NCBI GenBank assembly: GCA_002633005.1
Contig: NMRA01000416.1
Location: 343,386 to 407,385 of the forward strand
Direction: 5' to 3'
DNA from: Phoronis australis
Taxonomy: Eukaryota; Animalia; Phoronida
DNA length: 64,000 bases
Shown one piece after another: positions 37,879 through 51,227 of this stretch. The number at the start of each line of letters is the position of its first letter. The stretch's first letter is position 1. The position numbers and the translations under genes were made by a program. Under the pieces are notes generated by a model. The model searched no databases and was not told where the DNA came from. It saw nothing but the letters and a program-made list of their open reading frames with translations.

Positions 37879-40577
37879 CGTCGGCTTGTTTTTGTCAGGG
37901 GTTGCGTGAAATTTGCGGTTGCACCCCCTTGCGTCATCCTAGGTCCTCGCGGTGTTGTGCTCTTAGTATATCTGTGGCTTTTACAAAAAGACCCTTCTTT
38001 ATATTGGACATTTTTTTTTCTTCTCGGCCGCTAGTTTCACGCAAATGCACAACCGGCGCCTTATTGCCTGCAGCGTTAGTCCGCGGTGCGCAGTGGTTGA
38101 TCTTGCATAAGCCTCCTCAATGTTGAGCTATTTCCTGCATTTCCAAAACAACCTGTGGGCACGTTGCATTGAACATGTCTGCCCCGACTCGGCTCTTTGA
38201 TCACTGGGCTTGTCGCGGTACCCGCCTTGGCAGTCGTGTCCCTGCATGTGTGGGTGTTCGATTGCCTCGGTGCGCATGTGACTATCGGTGCGGGCGCTGG
38301 CTTGCGGCTTCCACTAGCTACATGTATTCTAGTGGAAGACGGGGAGCGCGGCCTCCGTACTCATGGCTGGCCAGATAGAATACGGAGAGCTCAGGTACAT
38401 GCAGTCAAGTATAGGCCTACCCCGGGTTAGCAGAAGACGGACGGTTTGCGCCAGCGCTTGTCAGCGCCGGTGGTGCTGGTGCAAACCCGACTTTCGATAG
38501 GAAGTTGCCGGCGGGTTTCTGTCGCAAAACGAAATGTGTCGATTATATCGACAATAACAGACACATTTTAAAATGCGCGTTTTCACTTTACCGTCCCTAT
38601 ATCGTGCCCGACTGTTGGGTTTTGCAGCCGTGGAAATCAAGGAGCTTGTATCAATTTCTCGGCCTCTTATATAAGTGCTCGTGCGGTAAGGCCAGGGGGC
38701 TACGATAGCCTAACCAGCCTCAGCCTTTTTGTGTGTACAATAATTAAATAGCTGAGTATTTCCACACCATGTGTGTCCGCTATACGTGTGACACTGGGGT
38801 TTATATCCGGCCTTGTGCATCGGATGGTTCTAAGTTTGTATTCGTACCACATGACGGCGTCAAGTTAACTTCCCAATCAGTGACATTACCACACGTATAG
38901 AGGGTTGTGAGCGTGTGATAACAAAGTAATTAAAATATTGCAATGTGGAGAGCAGTTTTAACTTGGTACAATAAATTTTAAATATTACAAAAAAGACTAA
39001 AAAGTTAATTTGCGTTGATCTTGACAAAGTGCCACTTCTCAAAAGAACGTTGGTTTAAATATGTTTCATACCTGTTTTAATTACTTTATTTTAATTCTCC
39101 CGTCTACTTATTTTTTCTTACCGGTTAGGATTGCTCGTATCTTTTTATTTTGTGTTTAAACAAAGTATCAAAACAACTTAGAAGTCATTGAGTTAATTGC
39201 GATCCCATGCCTGAATTTTCCATATTACAGCTACGCCAAACATGCCACAGCAAACAAAACTACACGTGCCGTTAGTTCAAGTTCAATCTTTATTAGAACT
39301 CAAGTCATAAAATATATACAAAAGTGCAAATATGGTGATAGCTAAACTGAAGATTTGGAACCTCTGGATAATTTTGGTTGCTGTAGGGCCTAACTACACA
39401 TAACTATTCTAGGTTCTTTTTTCCTTAGTCATAAAAATATATCACAGCTCTTGCTCACAGACTCCAACCTCATCCACTGCTTACACTCTCTCGTTGACTA
39501 CAAAGCTAGCCATCTTAGTTGTCTTCACAGGTGTTCCATAACAACTACAAGCTAACTGTCGAAATTGGCGCATTTCCGCGAATAGCAGTTCTCCGGTTAG
39601 TGTACTGTTCCTGGAGTAAATTAGTTAGGCATGCTATGGGCCATAAGCGATATTTTAAAAGTTTTTGACATCTAGTTTTAATGTAGCGTAGTTGTATATT
39701 AAAAGAATAATCCACGTAATATCATTAACTCTGATCAGCGTTCGTAAATCACCGAGTATATCAATAAGCACAGGGCGTTTATCTTCAATTGTACCCTATG
39801 TTTGTAGTTTTTAGCTAATAGTTGATCGATTTTTAAAAATCGAAAACCAAACTTGGTTGTTTTTTCCATCTGAATACAGCTGTGGTATTTGTTTTTAACG
39901 AAAACTGTCGCCAGTATGTACAGGCAGGATGTTTCATACAGTTTAGGGTCGGGTAATTACACTTAATTGGGTCTTGCTCGGCACCAGACAATGTGGTCAT
40001 CGCACTGAGTCCGACTCCGGCGCCGCGCTCTCTTTGATCCCGGTAAAAGCCGCTCAGAAGGACGAGCGGTGAAAAGTCACGCATCTCTTTAGAAATGCTT
40101 GACTTTCGTGTAAGCATATTATTCACGGCATACACTGCAGGCTGTAGCGATACGATCTTATTGGACTTAGAGCAATTGCATGATGGGCGGCCCACCCCGG
40201 GGGGCTGGGACTGAGCCAGGGGACTATAGCCTCCCACTTTTTTTCAGTGCTACGCCGCACATGGTCTATAGGCGGTGCACCACAGGAGGGCTGAGGGGGT
40301 TTTAGCCCCCTGACTATACGCCGCCCGGTTTCTTTCAGTGCGCCGCCCATGTGCACAATTTGAAAGAGAGCTGGCCCTCCAAACAGTGTCAGAATGGTGT
40401 TAATCAGTCGCGTAAGATATTGGATACAGGGATCATCTTCCCAACTTGTTGTTGGGCAATATAATCGAATAAGTTGGGATCAACGGGAAAGAGCCGTAAT
40501 TAATGGCGCAGCTGGGAGGCGCCATTTCATACATCACGGTTGAGCGATAGGTGGCACCAGTGTATGCTACTTAAAAA

Positions 40578-40595
40578 CCAAGATGGCTGCGCCCT
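40578..40595 (+). promoter_or_regulatory. YY1-type motif (CAAGATGGC) in the RABGGTB promoter/5' UTR
   Basis: CCAAGATGGCTGCGCCC lies ~55 nt upstream of the start-codon exon; the motif is typical near housekeeping TSSs. Confidence 0.5.
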
Positions 40596-40635
40596 TGATC
40601 AACTAGATGTAAAAGTTTTTTGACACACCTGCACT

Positions 40636-40638
40636 ATG
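40636..40638 (+). CDS. RABGGTB: RABGGTB coding exon 1 (ATG only)
   Basis: ATG|GTGAGT consensus donor; joins in phase 0 to GGA ACA CCA (GTP), giving the MGTP N-terminus. Confidence 0.7.
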
Positions 40639-40799
40639 GTGAGTTCTGAATTTGGTTTCAAAATAGTTATTTATCTCGTCATCCTACACGATTTCCCTTT
40701 AAAAGGCGATATGATGAGATTTAAATTGCCAATCTCTCATCTGGCGTTTGCTTCCCACGAAAAATCCGCTTGTCCACGGTGCCAATGTCATGACTGGGC

Positions 40800-41469
40800 C
40801 CCTGAGTAAAGCCGGTGAAGCTGCCATAAGACCTCACCCTGACCAGAAAACGCCAAATCCAGCCCACTTCATATGTACTTCACAATCACACGCGGTCAAA
40901 GGGGCTAATATTTGAACGTTACCATCTCGCATGACCTCAAATTTTCATCCCACATAAGCAACTTCGAGAAAAAAGCGAATAAAACTCTGAGCTTTCTTCG
41001 GCGATACTTGCATATAAGCAGCCAACGATGTAAGGAGTTTTCGCTTGAAGCAATCGACCCACCTTGAAATATGCCTCTACTGTTTGGGACCCATATACCC
41101 AAAACAACATTGCAGCTGTAGATCGAGAAAGTACAGAGGAGAGCTGCTTGCTGGGTCACGAGACGGTTCAATCTGAATCAGTCATCAGCTATCCTCTGTT
41201 GAATCAGTGTTAGAAACCCTTAAATGGCCCACCCTCAGCCACAGATGCAAAATCTGTCGGCTGAAATGTTTCACAAATATGATAAGAAGTCGGTGATCAT
41301 AAACTCTGATGCTGCGCCCATCGCAGATCTTACTATATCGGTCATCTGTACCAGGAGGTCATCCAACTATAGTATTCCAATAAATAGAACAGATTACAGA
41401 AAAAAGACATTCTTTCCTAGAACAGTCGCGGACTGGAATAGCTTGCCAGCAAGCTATCTGCCTTTCTGA
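40800..41469 (+). mobile_element. 3' fragment of a CR1/L2-group LINE in RABGGTB intron 1
   Basis: Frames give AKYLNVTISHDLKFSSHI...KKANKTLSFLRR, YASTVWDPYTQ, EKVQRRAA and FFPRTVADWNSLP. Confidence 0.8.
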
Positions 41470-43769
41470 AGTAACATATTGGGGTGCCTCCATATGGAGC
41501 ACCCGCTTACTGACTGCCTTATCTGGTAATGATCTAGCTATGTTAACCGACCTCTGAAGTGATGCCCACTATGTATATATATAATATATACCCTTTTAAA
41601 CCCTTTATAGCTGTTCTCATTTTTGTTGATCTTCAGTACAGTGACATAATACTCTGGAGAGAGTGTGGTCACTTAAACCAATTAAGGAGGATAAGAAAAA
41701 GAAGACCTTCATACACCAGAAGCTTTTTGGCAAATTATCCCTCATACTGATTAAGACAGCCATTGTTACTTTTTGTGCATACCCATAGAGGGGCACCCGA
41801 GGAGGCTGTCGAGAATGATTAATGCTCCAGTAACACAGTGTAAAAATGACCAGGCAACTGCAGAGCATAGGACTTCTAAAAAAGAGCTTGATTTCAGGAG
41901 TATTTGCTCGAGTTGGACGACCCTTTTTAACCCCAACACTCGTAAATGATGCCCAAATTGACCACCACCGTCACTTTACCCACCAGGGAAAACTTCACCG
42001 CCACAAAAAATCGCTAGAGTAAAAATAATCACTTGAATAATAAATAGGCACAAGACACACAGCTATTTTCACCGTTTGGATTGAACGGGGAAATAATACA
42101 TAAAGTCGGATTTTGAATTGTCCCCCCTTGACAAACAATCATTTTCAATCCTTTTGTACCACGAATTTATTGGTGACTGACCTCTGCCTCAGGTTATCCG
42201 ACAATGCATAGCAATTGAATGCAGTCAAATACCCAGTAACAACCTTGACACTAGTTTTCTAAAATAGTGAAATGGATGGAGATACGGTAATCTTTTTACA
42301 TTTTATTGTGTCTGCATTTACAGCAATGTGAATTATGTTGCACCAGCAAGACATTCAATAGTTTAATGAACCATAGCCTAGCTAGCTCCAAAATGACGAT
42401 ATTGAATGGAAACAAGTCTCAGTTTCGTCTGCATAGACTGGATTATAAATCATCTGCTATGCCGGTTAACGCCGATTCAACTGATTTATGCTTCAGCAAG
42501 ACGATACCTACGGAAGTTTCAGCATACAAATTAGTTTATTACGCCTAAAAATGGTCAATGTTTGTTCCATGTACATCATGTCATGGATAAGGTCTACTCC
42601 ATTGAGCTCGGTTTTACTAGTGAGTGTATACAAGGTATTGAATGAGAATCTGGATATAATGTGTAAGCGATTTCTGGCGCAGTGCTAACATTCAAAAAAT
42701 ACTAGCATGCTGCAATGGGCTTTTCATCCCATTCTGGCCACTCACCACCACGCTCCTTTCCAAATCCACGCGAAACACTACATGACTTTCATCTCTTAAT
42801 CAATGTGAGACATAATTCGCCGAAAGACTTCCAGCGTATGAAGCTACTGTAGTAACTCCACTAGTTTTACTGGGGCAAGTTGAGACAATAGCAGTGTCTA
42901 CGTCCGTCCTAGCCAGCCAGGTAGCTGTATGAAGACTATCGTCAAAATGCAGCTAGGAACCAATGTGTGTTAAGCTCGAATAGACCTTGAAATTTCACAC
43001 CACCCAGGTAGTTCGGCTTGTCACCTCGTTGTGAAACTTATGTCAGACTCAATAGGTAGAGGTAACCATTGGTGGGGGTGAATGCAAAATCTGGGAGTCA
43101 ACTGACACTCGCCTTGCTCGTTTCTGCTTGTTTAAGTGAAAAACATTCTAATGAACATCATTTTCTTGCACTATTCTCTGCCTTTTGAAACAAAGAAAAG
43201 TCTATCATCGAATTGAAAATAGTACACTCCTGACACTTGCACGCACTATCTACTAATTTCTTGCAACATCTCTCAGGGGATGAAAGCTTCAGAGCAGCAA
43301 AATTTGTTCTGAAATTCGGTTTGCTGGTATTAAACTACTTTTGAAAACTGATAACAAAATGAAACCAGTTCTGATAATTTATTGTGACATGTATGCAACC
43401 TGGTGAAAAAATAACAGTTGATTGAAGGAGCAGTGAATAAAGAAACTGCCCAATAGGTGACGCTTTATTTCTTGGTTCTGAAAGCGGATGCACGAGATCA
43501 CTCTACAACTTTAGCAGCAGAATGATGGTAGAACGCCTATGTTTCTAACACTGCTGAATATTTTTTGGGAGTGGAAGAAATACATTTTCTGTGGTATCTC
43601 TAGTTTAGCCGCAGCTCATGAGCTTAAAGCAACATTTGAGAAACAGGATGGCAATCTTTAAGTAGTGCAGAAGTCTAACAGTGCATAACATGGCAGGTTG
43701 CCAAACTGAGCTTTAAAAAGTATGCTGCAGTTTGTAGTGGATAACATTGTTGTTGACTGTTCACTTCAG

Positions 43770-43877
43770 GGAACACCAGTGAAAGACGTGGATATACCAG
43801 ACAAGGCCCCTTCAAAGCTTTTGTTAAACAAACACATAGATTTCATTGATGAGTATGGCAAGAAGAAAAATGACTTT
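43770..43877 (+). CDS. RABGGTB: RABGGTB coding exon 2
   Basis: AG/GT boundaries, 108 nt; GTPVKDVDIPDKAPSKLLLNKHIDFIDEYGKKKNDF. Confidence 0.9.
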
Positions 43878-44640
43878 GTGAGTGAAATACATTTTGAGTT
43901 TTTCATTGTGGCTTTCATTATGTGCCCACATATTTATATGTGGATGCATTATGCCATCATCCATGTCCGGCGTCTGCTGCTCTTTCTCCAAATCTTTATA
44001 TGTATACATGTTCATGAAATTTTGCATGTGTGTTCCTTTTATGGATGAGACGGCATGATCGAACTTTCGGACAGATCCGACTACCAGTTTGCCCTTAGTG
44101 GCAATTTTAGTTTTTTGCGTTTACTTCTGTATCTTCAAAGGTCTTCAACGAATGTTTATAAAATTTGGCATATAGTTAATCTATCAGTGAGATGACACTA
44201 TACTCTCATTTTGGGATGGATTCGGGGTATTGTGCGCCTCCTAGTGGCCATTTTACTGCTTTTGAGTCTGTTTTGTGACGTTTGCCTCTCGATCAACCAA
44301 ACCGCTCAAAGGATGATTGTGAAAATCTGCATGTATATTGAAGAGGACGGCAAGTGTATTTATATGAAGCAAACCGTTTGTGGTGCATTCGTGGTGGCAT
44401 TTCAACGCTCCGCTTTGCTCTTGTATAGCTTTTTAGTGTTTGCATTTATATAAGTGAGCATTGTTGTTTGCAAAAATTCAAACATGCTTTGACTTCGGAA
44501 ACGAGAATCATACCTGCTGCATGTCTTTAAGGTCATAAAACACTTATGATAATTATTGTTATTATAAATCAGTGCATTGACGTAGTTTAAGTAATGAGTC
44601 ACTCGCCAAATGTCGGTCACATCATGTGACCTATACTTAA

Positions 44641-46627
44641 AGGAGAATGCCACCAAAAACAACCTATTTTGTGTCAATTTAGATCGAGTAGTTCCACTCG
44701 ATAACAGCAAGTTCAGTTGTTTTACCTGACACCTGACAGCAGACTGAGGTGTTGAAATTAACCAATGACGTAATCGGTTCGAACGCACTCTGTTCAGCCA
44801 TTCACAACACGCTTACTGGTGTCAACTTATCGCTTGAATTCATCATTTTACACCAATAAATCATCAAATTTCGATGTAAAACCCTTGCAAATACATCGCG
44901 TTCTTGAACAAACGTGTTGTTTTATTTCACTGTTACGGATTTATAGGTATTTGAATGTACGGTAGCCTACAGAGTTCGGTCAGGGAGTGTAGACTCCTAG
45001 GTTCGGTTAGCCAATGGTCGATCGCGGGAGTTTGGGTCTGTTTGGTGATAAATACGAATCATTCTTCCGTGAAATAAAGACATGAAAGATAGATGTGTGT
45101 GTTGTACTTTTAGACTTGCGATTTTTTTCAGTTCTAAACAAAACGCTCATTATCCCAGCCAGTGCCTCGGACCCCGATCAGGCCCGTCACGGCTGCCGGG
45201 AGCCGACATCACAAACAAAAACCAGCTTAAGTTAGAAACTAAACCTTCAGTCATGAAAATACTTTACTAGTGAGCCCAAGAAATAATGTGCACGTAATTA
45301 TTTTGGTGAATTAGCCACGAAATTGCAAAAAATGTACTTACTTGTCAGGGGCCGCGAACGAACAAGTTGCCCTTTTACAGAACCATCAGGGCAAAAGTTG
45401 TTCAGTAACAATGATGTGAATTAATGTATTTATATATCTAAATAAAGATTCCCCCAACATGTGACCATAGCATATAAAATCGAGTTATTGTTTCACAACA
45501 GCTTTCTGTCAGCAAACACTGAATTAGCATGTGCTCACACGGCCTCGGTGCCCGGTCAATTACCTTTATTGCATCTAAAGCCGGTTACGCAGTGGTTTAT
45601 TCATTCATTGCTGGCTTCTCAATACATTTGCACTCGCGAATACTCCAAAGGTATGACAAATTGTATCTAATGAGACAGACTTTGTTTCAATTTTATGTAA
45701 GCATTGGTTAGGGTGAGAATAATTCATTTTGAAACAGAACGCAGAATTATAAACGTCTACATGGCAACTCGCTATCTCGACTTAGGCAAGAGCTCATCCA
45801 ACGAAGACTTCGCAGGTGGATCGTTAAGTTTCACATGCTACATGTATCAGTTCGAACCGGAATACACTGATCAAGAAATACTAGAGAGGCGCCGTGAACA
45901 TGCACAGGCAACGGAACATATGGATAGTTCTTTGGTAAGCCGGCATTCGTCAGACTCACTGTCGACGACTGCCTGCCACAGACACGGAGATGTTTCACGG
46001 CCTTATACTTGCTATTAATAGCGTACTTTTCATTCTTCACTACTACGAGCCAGTTCTTAAGCATTTCGGACTCTTGAGGAAGTCGAAAAAACTATATACC
46101 CGCTTTGCTCGCAGCTACATAGTTTAGACAAGCGGGAACGATGCACCACAACATAGTGGCATTTACTCTGCAAATGAACCACTGACGTCGCTGCGTTGTT
46201 TCTCACCTTCCTCGCAGGTTAAGGCGACACCTCTCGGCAAGGTAATGTCGACCGTATGTGAGACGATTTGGATATAGACCGATTAAGATGGTAAAAAAGT
46301 CTAATTAAATNGCTATTAATAGCGTACTTTTCATTCTTCACTACTACGAGCCAGTTCTTAAGCATTTCGGACTCTTGAGGAAGTCGAAAAAACTATATAC
46401 CCGCTTTCCTCGCAGCTACATAGTTTAGACAAGCGGGAACGATGCACCACAACATAGTGGCATTTACTCTGCAAATGAACCACTGACGTCGCTGCGTTGT
46501 TTCTCACCTTCCTCGCAGGTTAAGGCGACACCTCTCGGCAAGGTAATGTCGACCGTATGTGAGACGATTTGGATATAGACCGATTAAGATGGTAAAAAAG
46601 TCTAATTAAATGGGGTGGAATTATCCT
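44641..46627. mobile_element. Kolobok-like non-autonomous element with TTAA TSD in RABGGTB intron 2
   Basis: TTAA|AGGAGAATGCCACC...GGTGGAATTATCCT|TTAA (12/14 TIR match). Confidence 0.7.
46011..46611. repeat. 300-bp direct duplication across an N (probable contig-overlap artefact)
   Basis: 46011-46310 equals 46312-46611 with one mismatch seen, separated by N46311. Confidence 0.85.
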
Positions 46628-47601
46628 TTAAGTCTGAAAAGATTTCTATCCCGACCAGGGCTGGTGATGTGACAAACAGATGGCATGTAAGAAGATCAAT
46701 AATTGTTACTGATGTCATAGAACGTCATTTTAAAGTAAATTTAGTAATAGTTGCTGTGTACTTTAGGGCTTTAATATAGCAACTTTTTTCTTATTTCACT
46801 CAAAACTAATTGCCTTAACTGGCATTTTTCAAAGGCCGAATACTTTGCTCCAAGGGCAGTTCTTAAGTAAAATGACAGTAGAATAATGAAAATTAAGTTT
46901 TGAAAAACTTGTTTCAGAAACTGGTTCTTTATTGGCAAGACATACATTAGGTTTTTGAGATTTAATGAAAGGTCTTGTGGAAATTATAGGTAGAGGTGAA
47001 TAACAACAAAACAACCAAGTCATCAGAACAAAGAAACTGTATTGTGGAAAACACATGCAAAAACAGGATTGAGATCAAAGGTTAATTCACACCAATAGTC
47101 AGAGTTTTTGACATCACATGATGTATCTTGTGTATAAGTGCAAAGAGACCATAAGGGAGAGAACATAAAAAGCTATGCAATCAGCTGAAATGTTTTTTTT
47201 TAAAATAGCGTGTCATGCATAGCTTTAGTTGCAGTTGTGACCAGGTAGATTTTTAAGAATATGTTATCACAGCAATGAGCCATGTCCAAATCAAAAATGT
47301 CTCCTCTGTTGTAAAAAAGGAGGGATTTATCCCTTTTGTGACTCTAGTTAAATCCATGCTATTCTGTAAATTGTTGATGCTTTGGCCTTTCTTTGAGTCA
47401 AAAAATGCACTTTTTTCTTTGACTATTATTTGCTTCTAAATGTTGCTTGATGACATCTACACAGTATAAGCCAGGCTGAAAGTAGAATTTTGTTAATCTT
47501 TATTTTTCTTCATATTCGAAACAATGAAATTACTCTAGTCTGCCATATTATGTGCTAAACAGTTGAAGAATTATCTGTCGGCTAAACTAGCAATCTTTCA
47601 G

Positions 47602-47799
47602 GAATATGTAATGACGGAATACTTACGGATGAGTGGTATATACTGGGGACTTACTGTTATGGATCTTATGAATGCTCTTGATCGCATGGATCAACAGGAA
47701 GTGCTCAAGTTTGTTGCCCAGTGCCAACACCCGTGTGGTGGTGTTGGAGCAAGCGTTGGCCATGATCCACATCTCCTGTACACATTAAGTGCGGTGCAG
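47602..47799 (+). CDS. RABGGTB: RABGGTB coding exon 3
   Basis: 198 nt; [23 protein letters not shown]...[14 protein letters not shown]; AG/GTGAGT. Confidence 0.95.
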
Positions 47800-49084
47800 G
47801 TGAGTGTTATGTTGCCTCCTTAGGGTTGGGAATTCTTTCACTTGAAGAACCAGGAGTTTGCCACCTTCTACACTGGTGCTTAAAATCACTGAAACTACTT
47901 TTCATGTATTTGAAAACCACTTTGTAAATTGACACCCCCATGCCTATTTATTTTGCTTTATTTTAGTGTGCTAAAAGATGATGGTCGTGCTGACATGAAT
48001 CCACTGATTTTTTTCGGAGTTATACCCGTTCACATACTAGCTAAAATACTTGCATTTCTTATTAGCACTTGTGGTGGTCGCTAAAATGTTAATTATCTGA
48101 ATGGTTATTATGGACATTTTGCCAGCGCTTTTCTGGTATTTTGAATATTATTGTAAACCTCAAAACTGCTGGGCTGTTTCACAAACACTCTTTGTAGTCT
48201 GACCACTTACTTCAAAATGATCCACGTGCACAGGAGAAAGGCCAGTACCTTTGTCAATCATCTTGTTAATGTGTTTATTGCTGAGACTGAGCACGCTTTA
48301 TCATAAATTTCTGCTTTAAAAGTGAAAGAGATGATGTGAAAGTTGCTTTCCACTGGAGAGAACGACTTTCACAGATAATGTACCTGTCCAGCTGAAATGC
48401 TAATTTTTTGTCATGGAAAAGAGCACTGCACTACAAGTGATCCGTCCAAGAACAACTTACTGCTATAAAATTGATATCAACTTTTTCCTTTCTCAAATGA
48501 GAAGTGAGTTCTAGATGACTGTGCAAAGAAATTACATTTCGTTATTGCTGGAGACCATGCTCAGTGTCCATCAAATGACATGGTTTGACCAGCTAACTTA
48601 GACATCCCGATCTCTGCTAATAACTATCTATTTCTCTTTAATAACCCCTATTTGACTACATAATGATAAGAGTTTCATTACGCAAAGTGGTGTAAGTCAA
48701 AAGTTTTTTTTTATGGAAAAGAGTGTTTGAATCCACATTAAAAGTTATTTTTTGAGAAATTTTACTGCTTAAAATTATACTTTTCTGCCATATTGTGCTC
48801 TCATTGAGAGAGCTTTTCTGTAATTATTTTGCTAGTTTGTTATTTTTCACTGATAAAAATATTGAGTGAAGATCCCTTTTGGAACTAGAGCCTGACGTAA
48901 TTGTGCAGCCATTTCATCCATATCTCACGGATTCACCACTGGGTGCGCCCTCTGTCGTTGTAGAATAATACAATAAAAACACTACCAGGGAATCCCTAAT
49001 GTCAGGGGGAATCCCGTAACAGTTCTGAATACACTGCAGATAGACAAAATCCATGATCTCTGTTCAGACGTTATGTGTATACTC

Positions 49085-50330
49085 AATGGCTTCGCGTACC
49101 CTGTGCTTCCATAAATGCCCCGTGCCGAACATCACCAGTGACGAATACAAACCTCTTACATCACTCAAAAATGACAAGTACATCATCATACTAGTTGAGA
49201 TAAAGGTAGGGCTGCTGTTGTTATTAACAATAAGTGTAAACTATCAACAGAAAGTTCACACACTGCTGGATGATTGCAATACTTATCAGCCACTGAAGTC
49301 CAGTCCTACATCCAAGTTTCAGAATAAGTTTATCAGTTTTGTAAGAGAGAAGCAGCATACAGATCCTATACCCAAACAAGTGTATGACAGGTTGCAGCCC
49401 ATGTCCTGCGAAGTGCCTAAGCTGTGTGGTCTACCTAAGATTCATAAACAGGTGCTGCCTAAGACCTGTTGACCTATTGTTTCGTGTATTGGCAGTATCA
49501 CTTACAATGGAGCTAGATTTTTGATGAACATTCTTGCACCATTGGTGAGTTTGTCTCATCATATCCACGGCAATGAAGACTTCATCGACAGAATCAGTGA
49601 CCTCAAGATGCCTGTTCACTAGTGTTCCCACGGACAAAGCTTCCATCGTTATCAAATCTCGGTTAGAGTACAGTAATTGCACCCATTTATCAGTTGATGG
49701 TGTCGTACAAATTTTGGAGTTTTGTTTGAATACTACTTATTTTGTCTATGACGGTCAGTTCTACCATAAGATCTGAGGAGTGCCCAAGGGGTGTCCCATC
49801 TCACCCATCGTCGCTAACATCTTCATGGAAGATTTCGAGTTTCGTGCTATTGTGGCAGCGCCAATTCCCCTGTTACACTGGAGTCGTTATGTTTACAACG
49901 CTTTTATAGTCATCCATGAAACTGCTATTGATGACTATCTACCGTAAACACAACATCAAGTTGTTTCACAAACCATTTAATACTATTTGGTCCATCCTCA
50001 AATCAGTGAAAGATGTGTCACCTGCCCTTGAGAGGTGTGGTGTGATCTAGGAATACAAGTGTGGTGAGTGTACTGTCAACTATGTAAGTGAGACAGGTCC
50101 CCAGTTATGTACCAGGGTTCAGGATCGTCATAACCCCACCTCAGACCTATAACTGTTGATCAAGAGCATGCCAGAGATCTCCATCACCAGATCTCTAATG
50201 AGGAGTACACCCAGAGAAGTCACACTGAAGCGCAGGGTGCAGGAAGCCATTGAGATCCAAGTCCACAGACCAAGTCTGAACAGAGATCCTGGACTTAATC
50301 AACCTGCAGTGTTTTCAGACTTGTCACGGG
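49085..50330 (+). mobile_element. Decayed Penelope-like retroelement (RT plus GIY-YIG endonuclease) in RABGGTB intron 3
   Basis: PKLCGLPKIHK, PIVSCIGS, LFTSVP, FCLNTTYFVYDGQFY, GCPISPIVANIFMEDFE, YKCGEC...YVSETG, EAIEI...LNRD. Confidence 0.8.
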
Positions 50331-50601
50331 ATTTCCCTCCCCCTGAGATTAGTGTTTTTTGTTTTATTCTATGACGCACCCGGTGGTGAATCAAATCTGT
50401 GAGATATGGACGAAACAGCTGTGCAACACTTATCACATCAAGGTAAGGTTCTTTGGTTCCAAAAAGGATCTTCACTCTATAAATGGAACCCAGTAATATA
50501 TTACACAGTCTTTTCACTGATAACGTTTGAAGTTGAAACAAAACATTTGGACTTTTTCATGTTTTAACCTGCTAATCGACTTTTTTAAAATCACACTTCA
50601 G

Positions 50602-50760
50602 ATTCTTTGTCTGTATGATGCACTGGATACTGTCGACGTGGACAAGATTGTGGAATTCATTCAAGGCCTGCAACAAGAAGATGGCAGTTTCTATGGAGAT
50701 AAGTGGGGTGAAGTGGACTCCAGATTTTCATTTTGTGCCGTCGCCTGCTTGGCGTTAATT
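50602..50760 (+). CDS. RABGGTB: RABGGTB coding exon 4
   Basis: 159 nt; ILCLYDALD...[30 protein letters not shown]; donor GTAAGT. Confidence 0.95.
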
Positions 50761-51116
50761 GTAAGTTCAGCCAGGGTGCTTGTATGCTCAAACTTGTTTT
50801 GGTTTATCATGAATGTGTCAATTCCTTGAAATGAAGTCTGTTTTGTGTGTAATAATATCAGTTTGTGGTGTTCAGTGTGTAATGTGACATCACAAAACAA
50901 ACTGGATGGAAATAACATGACTTTTGTATAGGCCTATGGTAACTATCTATACTATACTTATTGCTATTGTTATACATGTTCCATTCTTTGGAATTGGAGG
51001 GAAATGTCTTGGCTAATTTCCTGCCGCCGTTTCTTGAAAATGACACTCAGCAATTACTTTTTATTTACCGTCATGGATGGATTGTCTTAAAAGTACAGCA
51101 TGTCTTTGCATTACAG

Positions 51117-51227
51117 AACCGTCTAGATGCCATAAATGTTGAAAGGGCTGTAGATTTTGTACTCTCATGCATGAACTTTGATGGTGGGTTTGGTTGTCGA
51201 CCAGGCAGCGAATCACATTCTGGCCAG
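51117..51227 (+). CDS. RABGGTB: RABGGTB coding exon 5 (haplotype A)
   Basis: 111 nt; [37 protein letters not shown]. Confidence 0.93.

Larger units (their letters stand above)
18300..38170 (+). repeat. Three tandem segmental duplication units each ending in an MS4A-like gene (~18300-24020, ~28280-32600, ~33240-38170)
   Basis: Collinear non-coding anchors, e.g. TATGATGTCATTGTGAAGT at ~18706/28352/33744, GAGGTG(T/C)TA(C/T)GCAGA at ~20096/30023/35583, and shared 3' flanks. Confidence 0.8.

Noticed and set aside
46011-46611. 300-bp tandem duplication as a biological repeat
   Set aside because: Near-exact copy on either side of a single N; typical unmerged contig overlap
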